Positions 9,301-17,689 of a DNA stretch of 64,000 bases are shown here, piece by piece. Made by a program: the position numbers and the translations under genes. The stretch comes from an uncultured Ruminococcus sp. (GTDB taxonomy: Bacteria > Bacillota > Clostridia > Oscillospirales > Acutalibacteraceae): positions 49 to 64,048 of the forward strand of contig CACYDP010000100.1 of NCBI GenBank assembly GCA_902773135.1, read 5' to 3'. The notes beneath the pieces are model-generated. The model was given only the letters and a program-made list of their open reading frames with translations, did no database searches and had not been told where the DNA came from. The stretch's first letter is position 1, and the number at the start of each line of letters is the position of its first letter.

Positions 9301-10940
9301 ATCCCTGGATCGCTAAAACACGTCACTCCACTCCGGGTGTATCACTCATTTCACCGCCGCCGCATCACGATATTTATTCTATCGAAGATCTGGCACAGCT
9401 GATATATGATTTGAAAAACGCCAACAAAAATGCAAGAATATCCGTTAAACTCGTTTCGGAATGTGGTGTCGGTACGGTTGCGGCAGGTGTTGCCAAAGCC
9501 GGTGCAGGCGTTATCCTGATTTCCGGTCACGACGGAGGTACAGGTGCTGCTCCGAGAAACTCTATCTACAATGCCGGACTTCCGTGGGAACTCGGTCTTG
9601 CAGAAGCACATCAGACGCTGATTATGAACGATCTGCGTGATAAGGTCGTGATTGAAACAGATGGTAAACTGATGACCGGTCGTGATGTTGCCGTAGCAGC
9701 AATTCTCGGTGCGGAAGAATACGGTTTTGCAACTGCTCCGCTTGTGACACTGGGCTGTGCAATGATGAGAGTCTGCAATCTGGATACTTGTCCGTTTGGC
9801 GTGGCAACACAGAATCCCGAATTAAGAAAACGCTTTGTCGGCAAGCCCGAATATGTCATCAACTTTATGATGTTTGTTGCCAACGAACTCAGAGAATATA
9901 TGTCCAAACTCGGTGTCAGAACGGTTGACGAACTGGTAGGCAGAGTGGACTTGCTGAAACAAAAGGATAACCTTTCCGAAAAAGGACAAAAAATTGACCT
10001 TTCCAATATACTTGGCTGTGATTTCTCCCGGACAAAAATCGAATACGGCAAAAAGAATCTGTATGATTTCCGTTTGCAGTCCACAATTGATGAAAAAGTA
10101 TTGATGAAAGAATTCAAGTCCTCTTTTGCAAAGGGTACTCCCAAAACCGTTAAGGTCGAGATTAAAAATACGGATCGTTCTCTCGGTACAATGTTCGGCT
10201 CGGAGATTACCAAGAAATTTGATGATAAACTGGCAGATGATACCTTTAAAGTAATATGCAGCGGTTCGGGCGGTCAGAGTTTTGGTGCCTTTATCCCGAA
10301 CGGTCTGACAATGGAACTCAGCGGCGACAGCAATGACTATTTCGGAAAGGGACTTTCGGGCGGCAAGCTGATCGTATATCCTCCGAAAAATTCCAAATTC
10401 AAGGCAGAAGACAATATCATCATCGGCAATGTTGCCCTGTATGGTGCTACAAGCGGCAAAGCCTTTATCAATGGTGTTGCCGGAGAACGTTTCTGTGTGA
10501 GAAATTCCGGTGCTTCGGCAGTTGTTGAGGGTGTAGGCGATCACGGCTGTGAATATATGACAGGCGGCAGGGTCGTAGTACTCGGCAAAACAGGCAAAAA
10601 CTTTGCTGCGGGTATGTCGGGCGGTATTGCTTATGTGCTTGATGAGGACAGAGATCTGTACACCAGACTCAACAAAGGTCCTGTGCTGTTTACGGAAGTG
10701 ACTGATAAATATGATATTGCCGAACTGAAAGAACTGATTGAACAGCACGTAGAAGCAACCGGCTCCGCAAAGGGTAAAGAAATACTCGAAAACTTCGACC
10801 GGTATCTGCCCGAGTTCAAGAAAATCATTCCCAAAGACTACAAAGAAATTATGACAGAAATTGCTTTGATGGAAAGCAAAGGAATGACGGTGGAACAGGC
10901 AAAAATAGAAGCGTTTTATCGTGTTGTCAACAGTAAGTGA
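6396..10940 (+). CDS. gltB: Glutamate synthase large subunit.
   Basis: This roughly 1515-aa ORF has the Ntn catalytic Cys in FEHDNCGIGAV, an FMN/4Fe-4S central domain and a C-terminal GXGXG beta-helix (GDSNDYFGKGLSGG). An RBS (AGGAG) precedes the ATG at 6396, while the track ORF starts at 6336. Confidence 0.95.
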   Translation: MLRKQTEEECKTLYSEKFEHDNCGIGAVVNISGIKSHSTVENALTIVETLEHRAGKDAEGKTGDGVGILLQISHKFFQKAAKEIGIDLHSERDYGVGMFFFPQKELARNQARKLFEIIAEKEGLKVLGWREVPSDINAIGKRAVDCMPCIMQCFIQRPYGVRKGIDFDRKLYVARRVFEQSNEDTYVVSLSSRTVVYKGMFLVGDLRRFFFDLQDPDYESAIAMVHSRFSTNTNPSWQRAHPNRMIVHNGEINTIRGNADKMLAREETMRSEHLKGDLDKVIPVVNTEGSDSAMLDNTLEFLVMSGMDLPLAVMITIPEPWDNNHTMSRKKRDFYQYYATMMEPWDGPASILFSDGDIMGAVLDRNGLRPSRYYITDDNNLILSSEVGALPVAPEKIVSKERLKPGKMLLVDTVQGRLIDDEELKESYASKKPYGEWLDGHLVKLHDLKIPNMKVEEHSHEELKKLQKAFGYTYEDVMTSILPMAKDGSEPISAMGTDSPIAALSDEPQPLFNYFKQLFAQVTNPPIDAIREEVVTSTTVYIGEDGNILEEKPENCNVIKIHNPILTSTDILKIKNMKANGFKVAVVPILYYKNTRLSKAVNRLFIEADKAYNDGANILILSDRGVDENHLAIPSLLAVSALHQHLVDTKKRTSLAVILESGEPREVHHFATLLGYGASAVNPYLAQETIHELINDDLLNKDYYAAVEDYNNAVLHGIVKIASKMGISTIRSYQGSQIFEAVGISREVTDRYFTGTVSRIGGITIKDIEDNADKLHTRAFDPLGLGCTAELESRGSHKFRSGKEEHLYNPQTIHMLQAATRTGNYELYQKYSDMITKEMSPVNIRGLLDFNYAENPVPLEEVESAESIVRRFKTGAMSYGSISQEAHETLALAMNRLHGKSNSGEGGESLERLKTKGTSENKCSAIKQVASGRFGVTSRYLTSADELQIKMAQGAKPGEGGHLPGKKVYPWIAKTRHSTPGVSLISPPPHHDIYSIEDLAQLIYDLKNANKNARISVKLVSECGVGTVAAGVAKAGAGVILISGHDGGTGAAPRNSIYNAGLPWELGLAEAHQTLIMNDLRDKVVIETDGKLMTGRDVAVAAILGAEEYGFATAPLVTLGCAMMRVCNLDTCPFGVATQNPELRKRFVGKPEYVINFMMFVANELREYMSKLGVRTVDELVGRVDLLKQKDNLSEKGQKIDLSNILGCDFSRTKIEYGKKNLYDFRLQSTIDEKVLMKEFKSSFAKGTPKTVKVEIKNTDRSLGTMFGSEITKKFDDKLADDTFKVICSGSGGQSFGAFIPNGLTMELSGDSNDYFGKGLSGGKLIVYPPKNSKFKAEDNIIIGNVALYGATSGKAFINGVAGERFCVRNSGASAVVEGVGDHGCEYMTGGRVVVLGKTGKNFAAGMSGGIAYVLDEDRDLYTRLNKGPVLFTEVTDKYDIAELKELIEQHVEATGSAKGKEILENFDRYLPEFKKIIPKDYKEIMTEIALMESKGMTVEQAKIEAFYRVVNSK

Positions 10941-10953
10941 GGAGGCAGTTACA

Positions 10954-12438
10954 ATGGGAAAACCGACAGGATTTATGGATTATGCACGAAAAGACGCACC
11001 GGCATATTCCGTCAGAGAACGTATCAGAAATTATGATGAGTTTCACGAGCCGCTTTCGGCAGAAGAACAGAAAAAACAGGGTGCAAGATGTATGGAATGT
11101 GGTGTACCTTTCTGTCAGTCGGGTATGATGATAGGCAGTGCCTATTCCGGCTGTCCTCTGAACAATCTCATTCCCGAATGGAATGATCTTGTTTTCAGAG
11201 GTGCGTGGGAGCAGGCATATCAAAGACTGAAAATGACAAACAGTTTCCCCGAATTTACTTCCAGAGTATGTCCCGCACTGTGTGAGAAAGCCTGTACCTG
11301 CGGTGCGAACGGTGATGCCGTTACCGTCAAGGGCAATGAGTATGCCATTATCGAAAATGCTTACCTTGAGGGTTTTGCCAAAGCCGAACCTCCCCAAGTG
11401 AGAACAGGCAAAAAAATTGCGGTCATCGGTTCGGGACCGTCCGGACTTTCGGCGGCAGACAGACTGAATAAACGAGGTCATTCTGTCACAGTCTTTGAAA
11501 GAAGCGACCGTGTGGGCGGACTGCTGATGTACGGTATACCGAATATGAAACTCGAAAAACACATCATCGACCGCAAAATCAATATTATGAAAGAGGAAGG
11601 CATTGTTTTTAAAACAGGTGTCAATGTCGGAAAGGATATAACCGCTCAGGAACTTCTGAAAGGATTTGACAGAGTGATTCTTGCCTGCGGTGCCTCCAAT
11701 CCGAGAGATATTAAGGCAAAGGGCCGTGATGCTAAAGGAATTTACTTTGCAGTTGACTTTTTGAAATCGACAACCAAATCACTGCTTGACTGTCAGCTGA
11801 AAGACGGTACTTATATTTCCGCAAAGGATAAGAATGTTATTGTTATCGGCGGCGGCGATACAGGCAATGACTGTGTGGGAACCAGTGTGCGGCACGGTGC
11901 AAAGTCTGTATTGCAGCTGGAAATGATGCCGAAACTTCCCGAAGAAAGGCAGCCCGATAATCCCTGGCCCGAATGGCCCAGAGTATGCAAAACAGACTAC
12001 GGACAGGAAGAAGCCGCAGAAGTGTATGGCAATGACCCGAGAGTTTATCAGACAACTGTCAAAGAGTTCCTGAAAGACAAGAACGGCAATCTCATCGGTG
12101 CAGTACTGGTCAAACTTTCTCCCGAAAAGGACGAGAAAACAGGCAGACTGATGATGAAAGAGCAGGCAGGCACAGAATATACGGTTGAAGCGGAATTAGT
12201 GCTGATAGCGGCAGGATTCTTAGGCTCAGAAGAATATGTTGTCAAAGAGTTCGGCGTAGAAGTCAATGCAAGAACCAATGTTGCCACAGACAGCGGAAGT
12301 TTCAAGACGAATGTGGAAAATGTTTTTGCGGCAGGAGATATGCATATCGGACAGTCATTGGTTGTCAGAGCCATCAGAGAAGGCAGAGATGCTGCCAGAG
12401 AAGTGGATGAAAGTCTGATGGGCTACACCAATCTCTGA
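10954..12438 (+). CDS. gltD: Glutamate synthase small subunit (NADPH-dependent).
   Basis: It starts MGKPTGFMDYAR and carries Cys clusters (CMECGVPFC, CPALCEKAC). The dinucleotide folds are IGSGPSGL and VIGGGDTGNDC. An RBS (GAGGAGG) is present. Confidence 0.9.
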   Translation: MGKPTGFMDYARKDAPAYSVRERIRNYDEFHEPLSAEEQKKQGARCMECGVPFCQSGMMIGSAYSGCPLNNLIPEWNDLVFRGAWEQAYQRLKMTNSFPEFTSRVCPALCEKACTCGANGDAVTVKGNEYAIIENAYLEGFAKAEPPQVRTGKKIAVIGSGPSGLSAADRLNKRGHSVTVFERSDRVGGLLMYGIPNMKLEKHIIDRKINIMKEEGIVFKTGVNVGKDITAQELLKGFDRVILACGASNPRDIKAKGRDAKGIYFAVDFLKSTTKSLLDCQLKDGTYISAKDKNVIVIGGGDTGNDCVGTSVRHGAKSVLQLEMMPKLPEERQPDNPWPEWPRVCKTDYGQEEAAEVYGNDPRVYQTTVKEFLKDKNGNLIGAVLVKLSPEKDEKTGRLMMKEQAGTEYTVEAELVLIAAGFLGSEEYVVKEFGVEVNARTNVATDSGSFKTNVENVFAAGDMHIGQSLVVRAIREGRDAAREVDESLMGYTNL

Positions 12439-12452
12439 TTCAGCCACCATTC

Positions 12453-12597
12453 AAAGTTTCGCTCAAGCCTTTTCAAAGGCTTGCCGGGGCTTAGGGGCAG
12501 GCAGCCCCGGCTCATCGATTGACAAGTACCATATGCAAAGGAAATGGTTCGTTCCGTTCCCGCAGGGGTTCCTCGATCTTCCCCTGCGGGAATTTTT
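12453..12597 (+). repeat. Structured GC-rich intergenic repeat, family A copy 1. Its 3' hairpin doubles as the gltBD terminator.
   Basis: About 145 bp aligns to 58631-58770, with 36 of 38 matches at the 5' end including an exact 22-mer, tcaagccttttcaaaggcttgc. Its three hairpins are CAAGCCTTT/AAAGGCTTG, CCGGGGC/GCCCCGG, and TTCCCGCAGGGG/CCCCTGCGGGAA followed by T5. Confidence 0.85.
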
Positions 12598-12624
12598 AAA
12601 GACTCACTTGTGAAATAAAATAAA

Positions 12625-12666
12625 GATTCAGTTGTCAAATAAAATGATTCAGTTGTCAAATAAAAT
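12625..12666 (+). repeat. Perfect 21-bp tandem duplication (gattcagttgtcaaataaaat x2), with a degenerate third copy upstream.
   Basis: Positions 12625-12645 are identical to 12646-12666. The preceding cacttgtgaaataaaataaa is a partial copy. The duplication sits just 5' of the dapL promoter. Confidence 0.9.
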
Positions 12667-12671
12667 GTTGG

Positions 12672-12700
12672 TTGCAATTTTCTTTGTTTTTATTTATAAT
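12672..12700 (+). promoter_or_regulatory. Sigma-A type promoter for dapL.
   Basis: TTGCAA (12672-12677), a 17-nt spacer and TATAAT (12695-12700). Confidence 0.6.
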
Positions 12701-12763
12701 TAGGATAGTATGGTAACATTCGTTTAACCATTCAAAAAATTCAAATCAAATGGAGTTGAAAAA

Positions 12764-13945
12764 ATGAAAGTAAATAAAAAATTTGATAATCTTGTACCGA
12801 ATTATCTTTTTGCCGAAATTGCCAAAAGAGTCAATGACTATCAGTCGGCTAATCCTGATAAAGACGTGATTCGTCTTGGTATAGGCGACGTGACACTTCC
12901 GCTGGCACCTGTTGTTGTTGAGGCACTGAAAAAGGGTGCTGACGACCTGGCAAAAAAGGAAACCTTCAAAGGTTATCCCGATTATGAAGGTTATGAGTTT
13001 CTCAGAAAAGCTATATCCGATTATTATGCTTCTTTCGGTGTCACAGTTTCTGCTGATGAAATTCTGATTTCAGACGGTGCAAAATCTGACTGCGGCAATA
13101 TTGGTGATATTTTTGATGAAGATAATACTGTTCTGGTCACAGACCCGGTTTACCCCGTATATGTTGATTCCAATATTATGGCGGGCAGAAAAATCATTTA
13201 TGCCAACAGCAATAAAGAAAATAATTTTACCGCAATGCCCGACAACAGTGTGAGTGCCGATATTATTTATCTCTGCTCGCCCAATAATCCCACAGGTGCG
13301 GCTTATACGGCAGAACAGCTGAAAGCGTGGGTAGACTATGCTAATCAGAACAATGCCATTATCTTGTATGACTGTGCTTATGAAGCCTTCATTACCGAAG
13401 ATGTTCCCAGAAGTATTTTTGCTGTGGAAGGTGCCAGAACTTGTGCCATTGAATTCTGTTCGCTTTCCAAAACAGCAGGATTTACGGGTACACGCTGCGG
13501 CTACACGGTGATTCCGAAAGAACTGGAACGTGACGGCCATAACATTTACAAACTCTGGTACAGACGTCAGGCAACCAAGTTTAACGGTGTTTCGTGGCCT
13601 GTACAGTGTGCAGCTGCCGCTGTATTCTCTGAAGAAGGTCAGAAACAAATCAAGATCAACCTCGAATACTATAAGGAAAATGCCAAAATTATCTCATCCG
13701 CTCTTGATGAACTCGGCATTTATTATACGGGCGGCAAAAATTCACCGTATATCTGGCTTGAATGCCCGAATGGTATGAAGTCGTGGGATTTCTTCGATTT
13801 GCTCCTTAATGAAGCCAATGTGGTAGGTACACCCGGAGCAGGATTCGGTGAAAACGGCGAAGGATTCTTCCGTCTGACTTCCTTCGGCGACCGTGACAAA
13901 ACCATAGAAGCAGTGGAAAGAATCAAAAAACTGCTTTCTAAATAA
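12764..13945 (+). CDS. dapL: LL-diaminopimelate aminotransferase.
   Basis: The product starts MKVNKKFDNLVPNYLFAEIAKRV...IRLGIGDVTLPL and contains SLSKTAGFTGTRCGY (PLP lysine). This is the DapL pattern. Confidence 0.85.
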   Translation: MKVNKKFDNLVPNYLFAEIAKRVNDYQSANPDKDVIRLGIGDVTLPLAPVVVEALKKGADDLAKKETFKGYPDYEGYEFLRKAISDYYASFGVTVSADEILISDGAKSDCGNIGDIFDEDNTVLVTDPVYPVYVDSNIMAGRKIIYANSNKENNFTAMPDNSVSADIIYLCSPNNPTGAAYTAEQLKAWVDYANQNNAIILYDCAYEAFITEDVPRSIFAVEGARTCAIEFCSLSKTAGFTGTRCGYTVIPKELERDGHNIYKLWYRRQATKFNGVSWPVQCAAAAVFSEEGQKQIKINLEYYKENAKIISSALDELGIYYTGGKNSPYIWLECPNGMKSWDFFDLLLNEANVVGTPGAGFGENGEGFFRLTSFGDRDKTIEAVERIKKLLSK

Positions 13946-13965
13946 ATTTCTGATTTATTATCAAA

Positions 13966-14002
13966 AATAACCGCTTTTGTGAGAACAAGGCGGTTATTTT
14001 TT
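13966..14002 (+). terminator. Rho-independent terminator after dapL.
   Basis: Stem AATAACCGC / GCGGTTATT followed by a T run. Confidence 0.75.
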
Positions 14003-14128
14003 GTGCCATATTTGGTTATTTCCGCCCCCCAAATGCCGATGAGTGTCAAAAAAATACCGTTTACCCGTATTTTTAACATTTCGGGAACAAACAGGTATAT
14101 AATAGGAAACAACACGGAGGTGGTCATT

Positions 14129-15229
14129 ATGACAAGAAAAATTTATCTCGACCATATCAGAACCGGTACGGTTTTAATGGTAGTGGTGTATCACGTATTC
14201 TATCTTTTCAATGCACAGGGTGTGCTCGGAGGATTCGGCGGGTTCTCCGATGTACAGTATCAGGACGCCATATTGTATGTTCTTTATCCGTTCTTTATGG
14301 TTCTTCTGTTTCTGATAGCAGGCATATCGGCACGTTACTCGCTGATGAAGAAAACAGCAAAGGAATTTATCAATAGCAGAACAGCCAAACTTCTGGTTCC
14401 TTCTACACTCGGCTTGTTCGTATTTTATTGGATATGCGGATTTTTCAATGTTGCTATTTCAGGTTCGTGGAGTATGATGCCCGATGAAATGCCCCTGATT
14501 GCGAAATATCTGATCTGTGTATTATCGGGAATCGGTCCGCTGTGGTTTGCACAGATGCTGTGGCTGTTTTCGCTGAGCCTTTTGCTGATACGCAAGATTG
14601 ATAAAAATAACAAGTTTTATGATTTCTGCGGAAAAGCTAACTTGCCTGTGATTATTTCATTTGTGCTTCTGATGTGGGGTTCTGCACAGATACTGAACAC
14701 TCCTATCATCACTGTATATCGTTTTGGTATTTATTATACAGCATTTCTTCTGGGATATTTTGTATTTTCACACGACAAGGTCCAGGACTGTCTGGCAAAA
14801 TACAGTGTCTGGTTTCTGGCAGCAGCACTTGTATCGTGTGTTGCCTATGTGATATACTGGTTCGGTAAAAATTATGCTTCCGATGAATGTCTGCAAGACT
14901 GGACTACGGCAGTTTATCTCTGGGTATGTGTTCTTGCCGTGATGGGCTGCGGAAAACGTTGGTTTGACAAAAAGAATCAGGTTATGGATTATCTGATCAA
15001 AAGAAGTTTCGGTATCTACGCACTTCATTATACAGCAATGTTGTTCCTGTGTTGTGCGATGATATATTATATGAACCTGCCTGTTGCTTTGATTTATATC
15101 ATTGCCATTATCGGTATATTTGCGATGTCGATAGGACTGTATGAATTAATTAGCAGGATTCCTGTATTGAGATACCTTGTATTGGGAGAAAGGAGGAAGA
15201 AACAACGTGAAATTCAGGCTGAAAATTGA
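14129..15229 (+). CDS. Acyltransferase family 3 (integral membrane O-acyltransferase).
   Basis: The start MTRKIYLDHIRTGTVLMVVVYHVF is the acyl_transf_3 signature, and the protein has about 10 TM helices. An RBS (GGAGGTG) precedes the ATG at 14129, while the track ORF starts at 13979. Confidence 0.7.
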   Translation: MTRKIYLDHIRTGTVLMVVVYHVFYLFNAQGVLGGFGGFSDVQYQDAILYVLYPFFMVLLFLIAGISARYSLMKKTAKEFINSRTAKLLVPSTLGLFVFYWICGFFNVAISGSWSMMPDEMPLIAKYLICVLSGIGPLWFAQMLWLFSLSLLLIRKIDKNNKFYDFCGKANLPVIISFVLLMWGSAQILNTPIITVYRFGIYYTAFLLGYFVFSHDKVQDCLAKYSVWFLAAALVSCVAYVIYWFGKNYASDECLQDWTTAVYLWVCVLAVMGCGKRWFDKKNQVMDYLIKRSFGIYALHYTAMLFLCCAMIYYMNLPVALIYIIAIIGIFAMSIGLYELISRIPVLRYLVLGERRKKQREIQAEN

Positions 15230-15653
15230 TCAAAACACCGATGAAGAAATTATTGCACGTGTACATCGCAAAAGCCGACTTACCGATGAAATTGAACGTC
15301 TGGTAAGGGAGGATAAGGGTGATACCAAAATTACAGTTTACAGTGAAGAAAAAGATCTCATTGTAGAAAAAGATTACAATGATATTGAATCCGTATTTGT
15401 CAACGGAGGAAAAACAACGGTGGTTGATTTGAAAGGGGAGATGTTTGTTGTCAGACTAAAACTGTACGAGGCGGAGGAAATTTTTCCCGAATGTTTTATT
15501 CGCATCAATAAGTCCGCCATCGCCAACAAGAACCGCATTGCACGCTTTGAGGCAAATTTTAACGGTTCGGTAGATGTAATATTTCAATCAGGGTACAGCG
15601 ATTATGTTTCAAGACGCTGTTTCGCCGATATAAAAAGGAGTATGAAAAAATGA
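15207..15653 (+). CDS. LytTR-domain DNA-binding protein (stand-alone, no receiver domain).
   Basis: The C-terminal sequence FIRINKSAIANKNRIARFE...VSRR matches the LytTR pattern. An RBS (AAGGAGG) is followed by a GTG at 15207. The gene overlaps the acyltransferase 3' end by 23 nt. Confidence 0.7.
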   Translation: MKFRLKIDQNTDEEIIARVHRKSRLTDEIERLVREDKGDTKITVYSEEKDLIVEKDYNDIESVFVNGGKTTVVDLKGEMFVVRLKLYEAEEIFPECFIRINKSAIANKNRIARFEANFNGSVDVIFQSGYSDYVSRRCFADIKRSMKK

Positions 15654-16066
15654 AAAAACATATCACAGATTTTTTAAAAAGAGGATTAATGGCAATGGGC
15701 GGAGGTCCTGTGGTGGTAGCCATTGTGTATAAAATACTGAATGTCTGCAATGTGGTACAGAGCATCAGTGCAGATGAATTCTTTTATGCCGTCATTCTGT
15801 CTTCCGTGCTTGCCTTTGTGGCAGCGGGAATATCAGTGGTGTATAATATTGAAAAGCTGCCGATGTTCTGGGCAACGCTGATTCATTTTGGTGTGTTGTA
15901 TGCAGATTATATCATTATATATCTTGTTAACGGCTGGATCGATATTGCAATAGTGCCGGGATTCACGCTTATCTTTATTCTGGGCTATTTGATGATATGG
16001 ACAATCGTATGGCTGTCGATACGGATGAGTATGAAAAAAATGAACGAAAATCTCAAAAGTCTATAA
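15650..16066 (+). CDS. Small four-TM membrane protein (DUF3021-like), partner of the LytTR protein.
   Basis: It overlaps the LytTR gene by 4 nt (ATGA). The hydrophobic profile and conserved pairing with LytTR genes fit the DUF3021 family. Confidence 0.5.
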   Translation: MKKHITDFLKRGLMAMGGGPVVVAIVYKILNVCNVVQSISADEFFYAVILSSVLAFVAAGISVVYNIEKLPMFWATLIHFGVLYADYIIIYLVNGWIDIAIVPGFTLIFILGYLMIWTIVWLSIRMSMKKMNENLKSL

Positions 16067-16100
16067 AAAATCGTCTGCCTTTCGGGGGCAGACGATTTAT
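16066..16100. terminator. Bidirectional terminator between convergent genes.
   Basis: Stem TCGTCTGCC / GGCAGACGA, flanked by an A run and a T-rich run. Confidence 0.7.
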
Positions 16101-16795
16101 TTGTTCAGAGTTTTCATTTTTTCTTCTGTTCTTTGAATCAGACTGTTGAGTGAAGGTGCCAGTTCGGGAAACTTTCTGGAAATAATTTCCGGAGAAAGAA
16201 GGGGAATAGCAGAAGGTTTTGCACCCTCTTTGGAGCCGACATTTTTTCCGGCTGAAAGACACTGGGAATTAGCTTCACTGATATTCTGAAGAGCTTGTGA
16301 CAATCCCATATAGAGTTCAGGCAGAATAGAAAACATTGCCTGCGGATTTCTGGGGTTAGCAGAATAGATCATACGAATCATTTTATAAACAGAAACCATC
16401 ATATAGGAGGATACTTCCGATGTAATTTCCTGACAGTCGATTTGTTCCAGCAATTCATAGATAATATTGACAGAATTGATGATCAGATGCTTGTTAAGAG
16501 CGGTCATAGCATAGGTTTTGCTGTCTGTGGCATCGGATTCATCAACATCAACGTCAAGGTCTTCAATTTTCAATGTTGCACCATTCCGGTCTGCTGTTCT
16601 GCCAAGAAGATAATCGGCAGAAACATCATAATAATCGGCGATACGAACGATAAAATCCAGACCGCATTCTCTGATTCCTTTTTCGTAGTGTGACAAAAGA
16701 GCCTGAGATACATTCAATTCCAGAGCGGCTTGTTTCTGGCTGATTCCACGTTCTTTTCGCAGCAGTGAAATGATTCTGGGGAAATCGCTGTTCAT
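16097..16795 (-). CDS. XRE-family HTH transcriptional regulator with an uncharacterised C-terminal domain.
   Basis: The N-terminus LRKERGISQKQAALELNVSQALLSHYEKG is an HTH_3 motif. Confidence 0.8.
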   Translation of the reverse strand: MNSDFPRIISLLRKERGISQKQAALELNVSQALLSHYEKGIRECGLDFIVRIADYYDVSADYLLGRTADRNGATLKIEDLDVDVDESDATDSKTYAMTALNKHLIINSVNIIYELLEQIDCQEITSEVSSYMMVSVYKMIRMIYSANPRNPQAMFSILPELYMGLSQALQNISEANSQCLSAGKNVGSKEGAKPSAIPLLSPEIISRKFPELAPSLNSLIQRTEEKMKTLNK

Positions 16796-17051
16796 TTAAT
16801 TTATACTCCTTAATCCAATCATATACATATCCAAATCATATTTACAAATAGAAAAAAATATAATATAATTTATTTACTGCAATATATCAAAACAACCAAA
16901 CGGCGATACTACCACAGATAAACAATATGTAAATTATATACTATATAAAACAATTTGTAAAGTTTTTTTTGATTTTTCATTATGTAAAATTTTATCAACA
17001 TTTTTTGGTTGTTTTTGCAGTATTATACAATTTCAATGACGGAGGATAACT

Positions 17052-17681
17052 ATGCAATCATATACCATTTACTTTATCAGACACGGTGCGGTTGATGAAA
17101 CTCTGAAAGGCAGATATATCGGTTCAACGGATGCCCACCTTTCCGAAAAGGGCAAAAAAGCCTTGCGGCAGACAGCCGATCTGTTTGGTTATCCGTATCC
17201 CGAAAAGGTGTATTCCAGTCCTTTGTCACGCTGTATTGAAACCTGTTCGGTGATTTATCCAAAACACGAAATCAGTACCGTAGGGGCACTCAGTGAATGT
17301 GACTTTGGTGACTGGGAGGGAAAAAGTGCCGTTGAGCTTGCCGGCAATCCTGCCTTTGCAATGTGGCTTCAGAATTCGGACAAAACGCCCCCTCCCAATG
17401 GAGAAAGCGGTGCAGACTTTGCAAAACGAATCTGCAAGGGTTTTGAAAGACTGGTGGAAAATATAGCCGCAGAGGGTATTCATACAGCAGCATTGATCAC
17501 TCACGGAGGCGTGATTATGACACTGCTTTCCGTTTACGGTATTCCTCAGGCGGAAAGTTATAAATGGCGTATGGACAATGGCTACGGTTTTGCCGCCAGA
17601 ATCACACCTTCCCTGTGGATGCGTGACAGAGTAATGGAAGTCTTTGATACCGTACCGTTTGCTCCTGCACAAGATACATAA
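17052..17681 (+). CDS. Histidine phosphatase family protein (phosphoglycerate mutase / CobC-like).
   Basis: It has the RHG motif (IYFIRHGAVD) and a distal H in ITHGGV. Confidence 0.8.
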   Translation: MQSYTIYFIRHGAVDETLKGRYIGSTDAHLSEKGKKALRQTADLFGYPYPEKVYSSPLSRCIETCSVIYPKHEISTVGALSECDFGDWEGKSAVELAGNPAFAMWLQNSDKTPPPNGESGADFAKRICKGFERLVENIAAEGIHTAALITHGGVIMTLLSVYGIPQAESYKWRMDNGYGFAARITPSLWMRDRVMEVFDTVPFAPAQDT

Positions 17682-17689
17682 GAAACATC

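Noticed and set aside
9822-10748. Long antisense ORFs inside well-supported genes. Examples are 9822-10748 and 9611-10213 in gltB, 10927-11562 in gltD, 13070-13648 in dapL, 19098-20111 opposite the COG0523-like gene, 20739-21470 and 23100-23771 opposite the amylase, 25150-25947 opposite yfhO, and 54717-55469 opposite the HD-GYP gene.
   Set aside because: The sense-strand products carry unambiguous family motifs over their whole length. The antisense products have no motifs and odd composition (Cys/Phe/Ile/Arg-rich) and lack RBSs. They are shadow ORFs.
12453-12597. The reverse complement of family A (gggaacggaac(g/a)a.., cgcaggggaag) resembles what I recall of domain III of the O. iheyensis group IIC intron. 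This suggested that family A elements are intron fragments.
   Set aside because: It rests on short GA-rich strings and on my memory of a reference sequence. No domain V or VI follows in the expected position, and the element is better explained in the + orientation, where it terminates gltBD. Covariance-model scanning should decide the question.
12423-12677. An 84-aa minus-strand ORF, and the 61-aa ORF at 58594-58779, both lying within the family A repeats.
   Set aside because: The two repeat copies differ by indels that would break any common reading frame, and the two ORFs are on opposite strands. There is no RBS. The hairpin structure argues for an RNA/DNA-level element.
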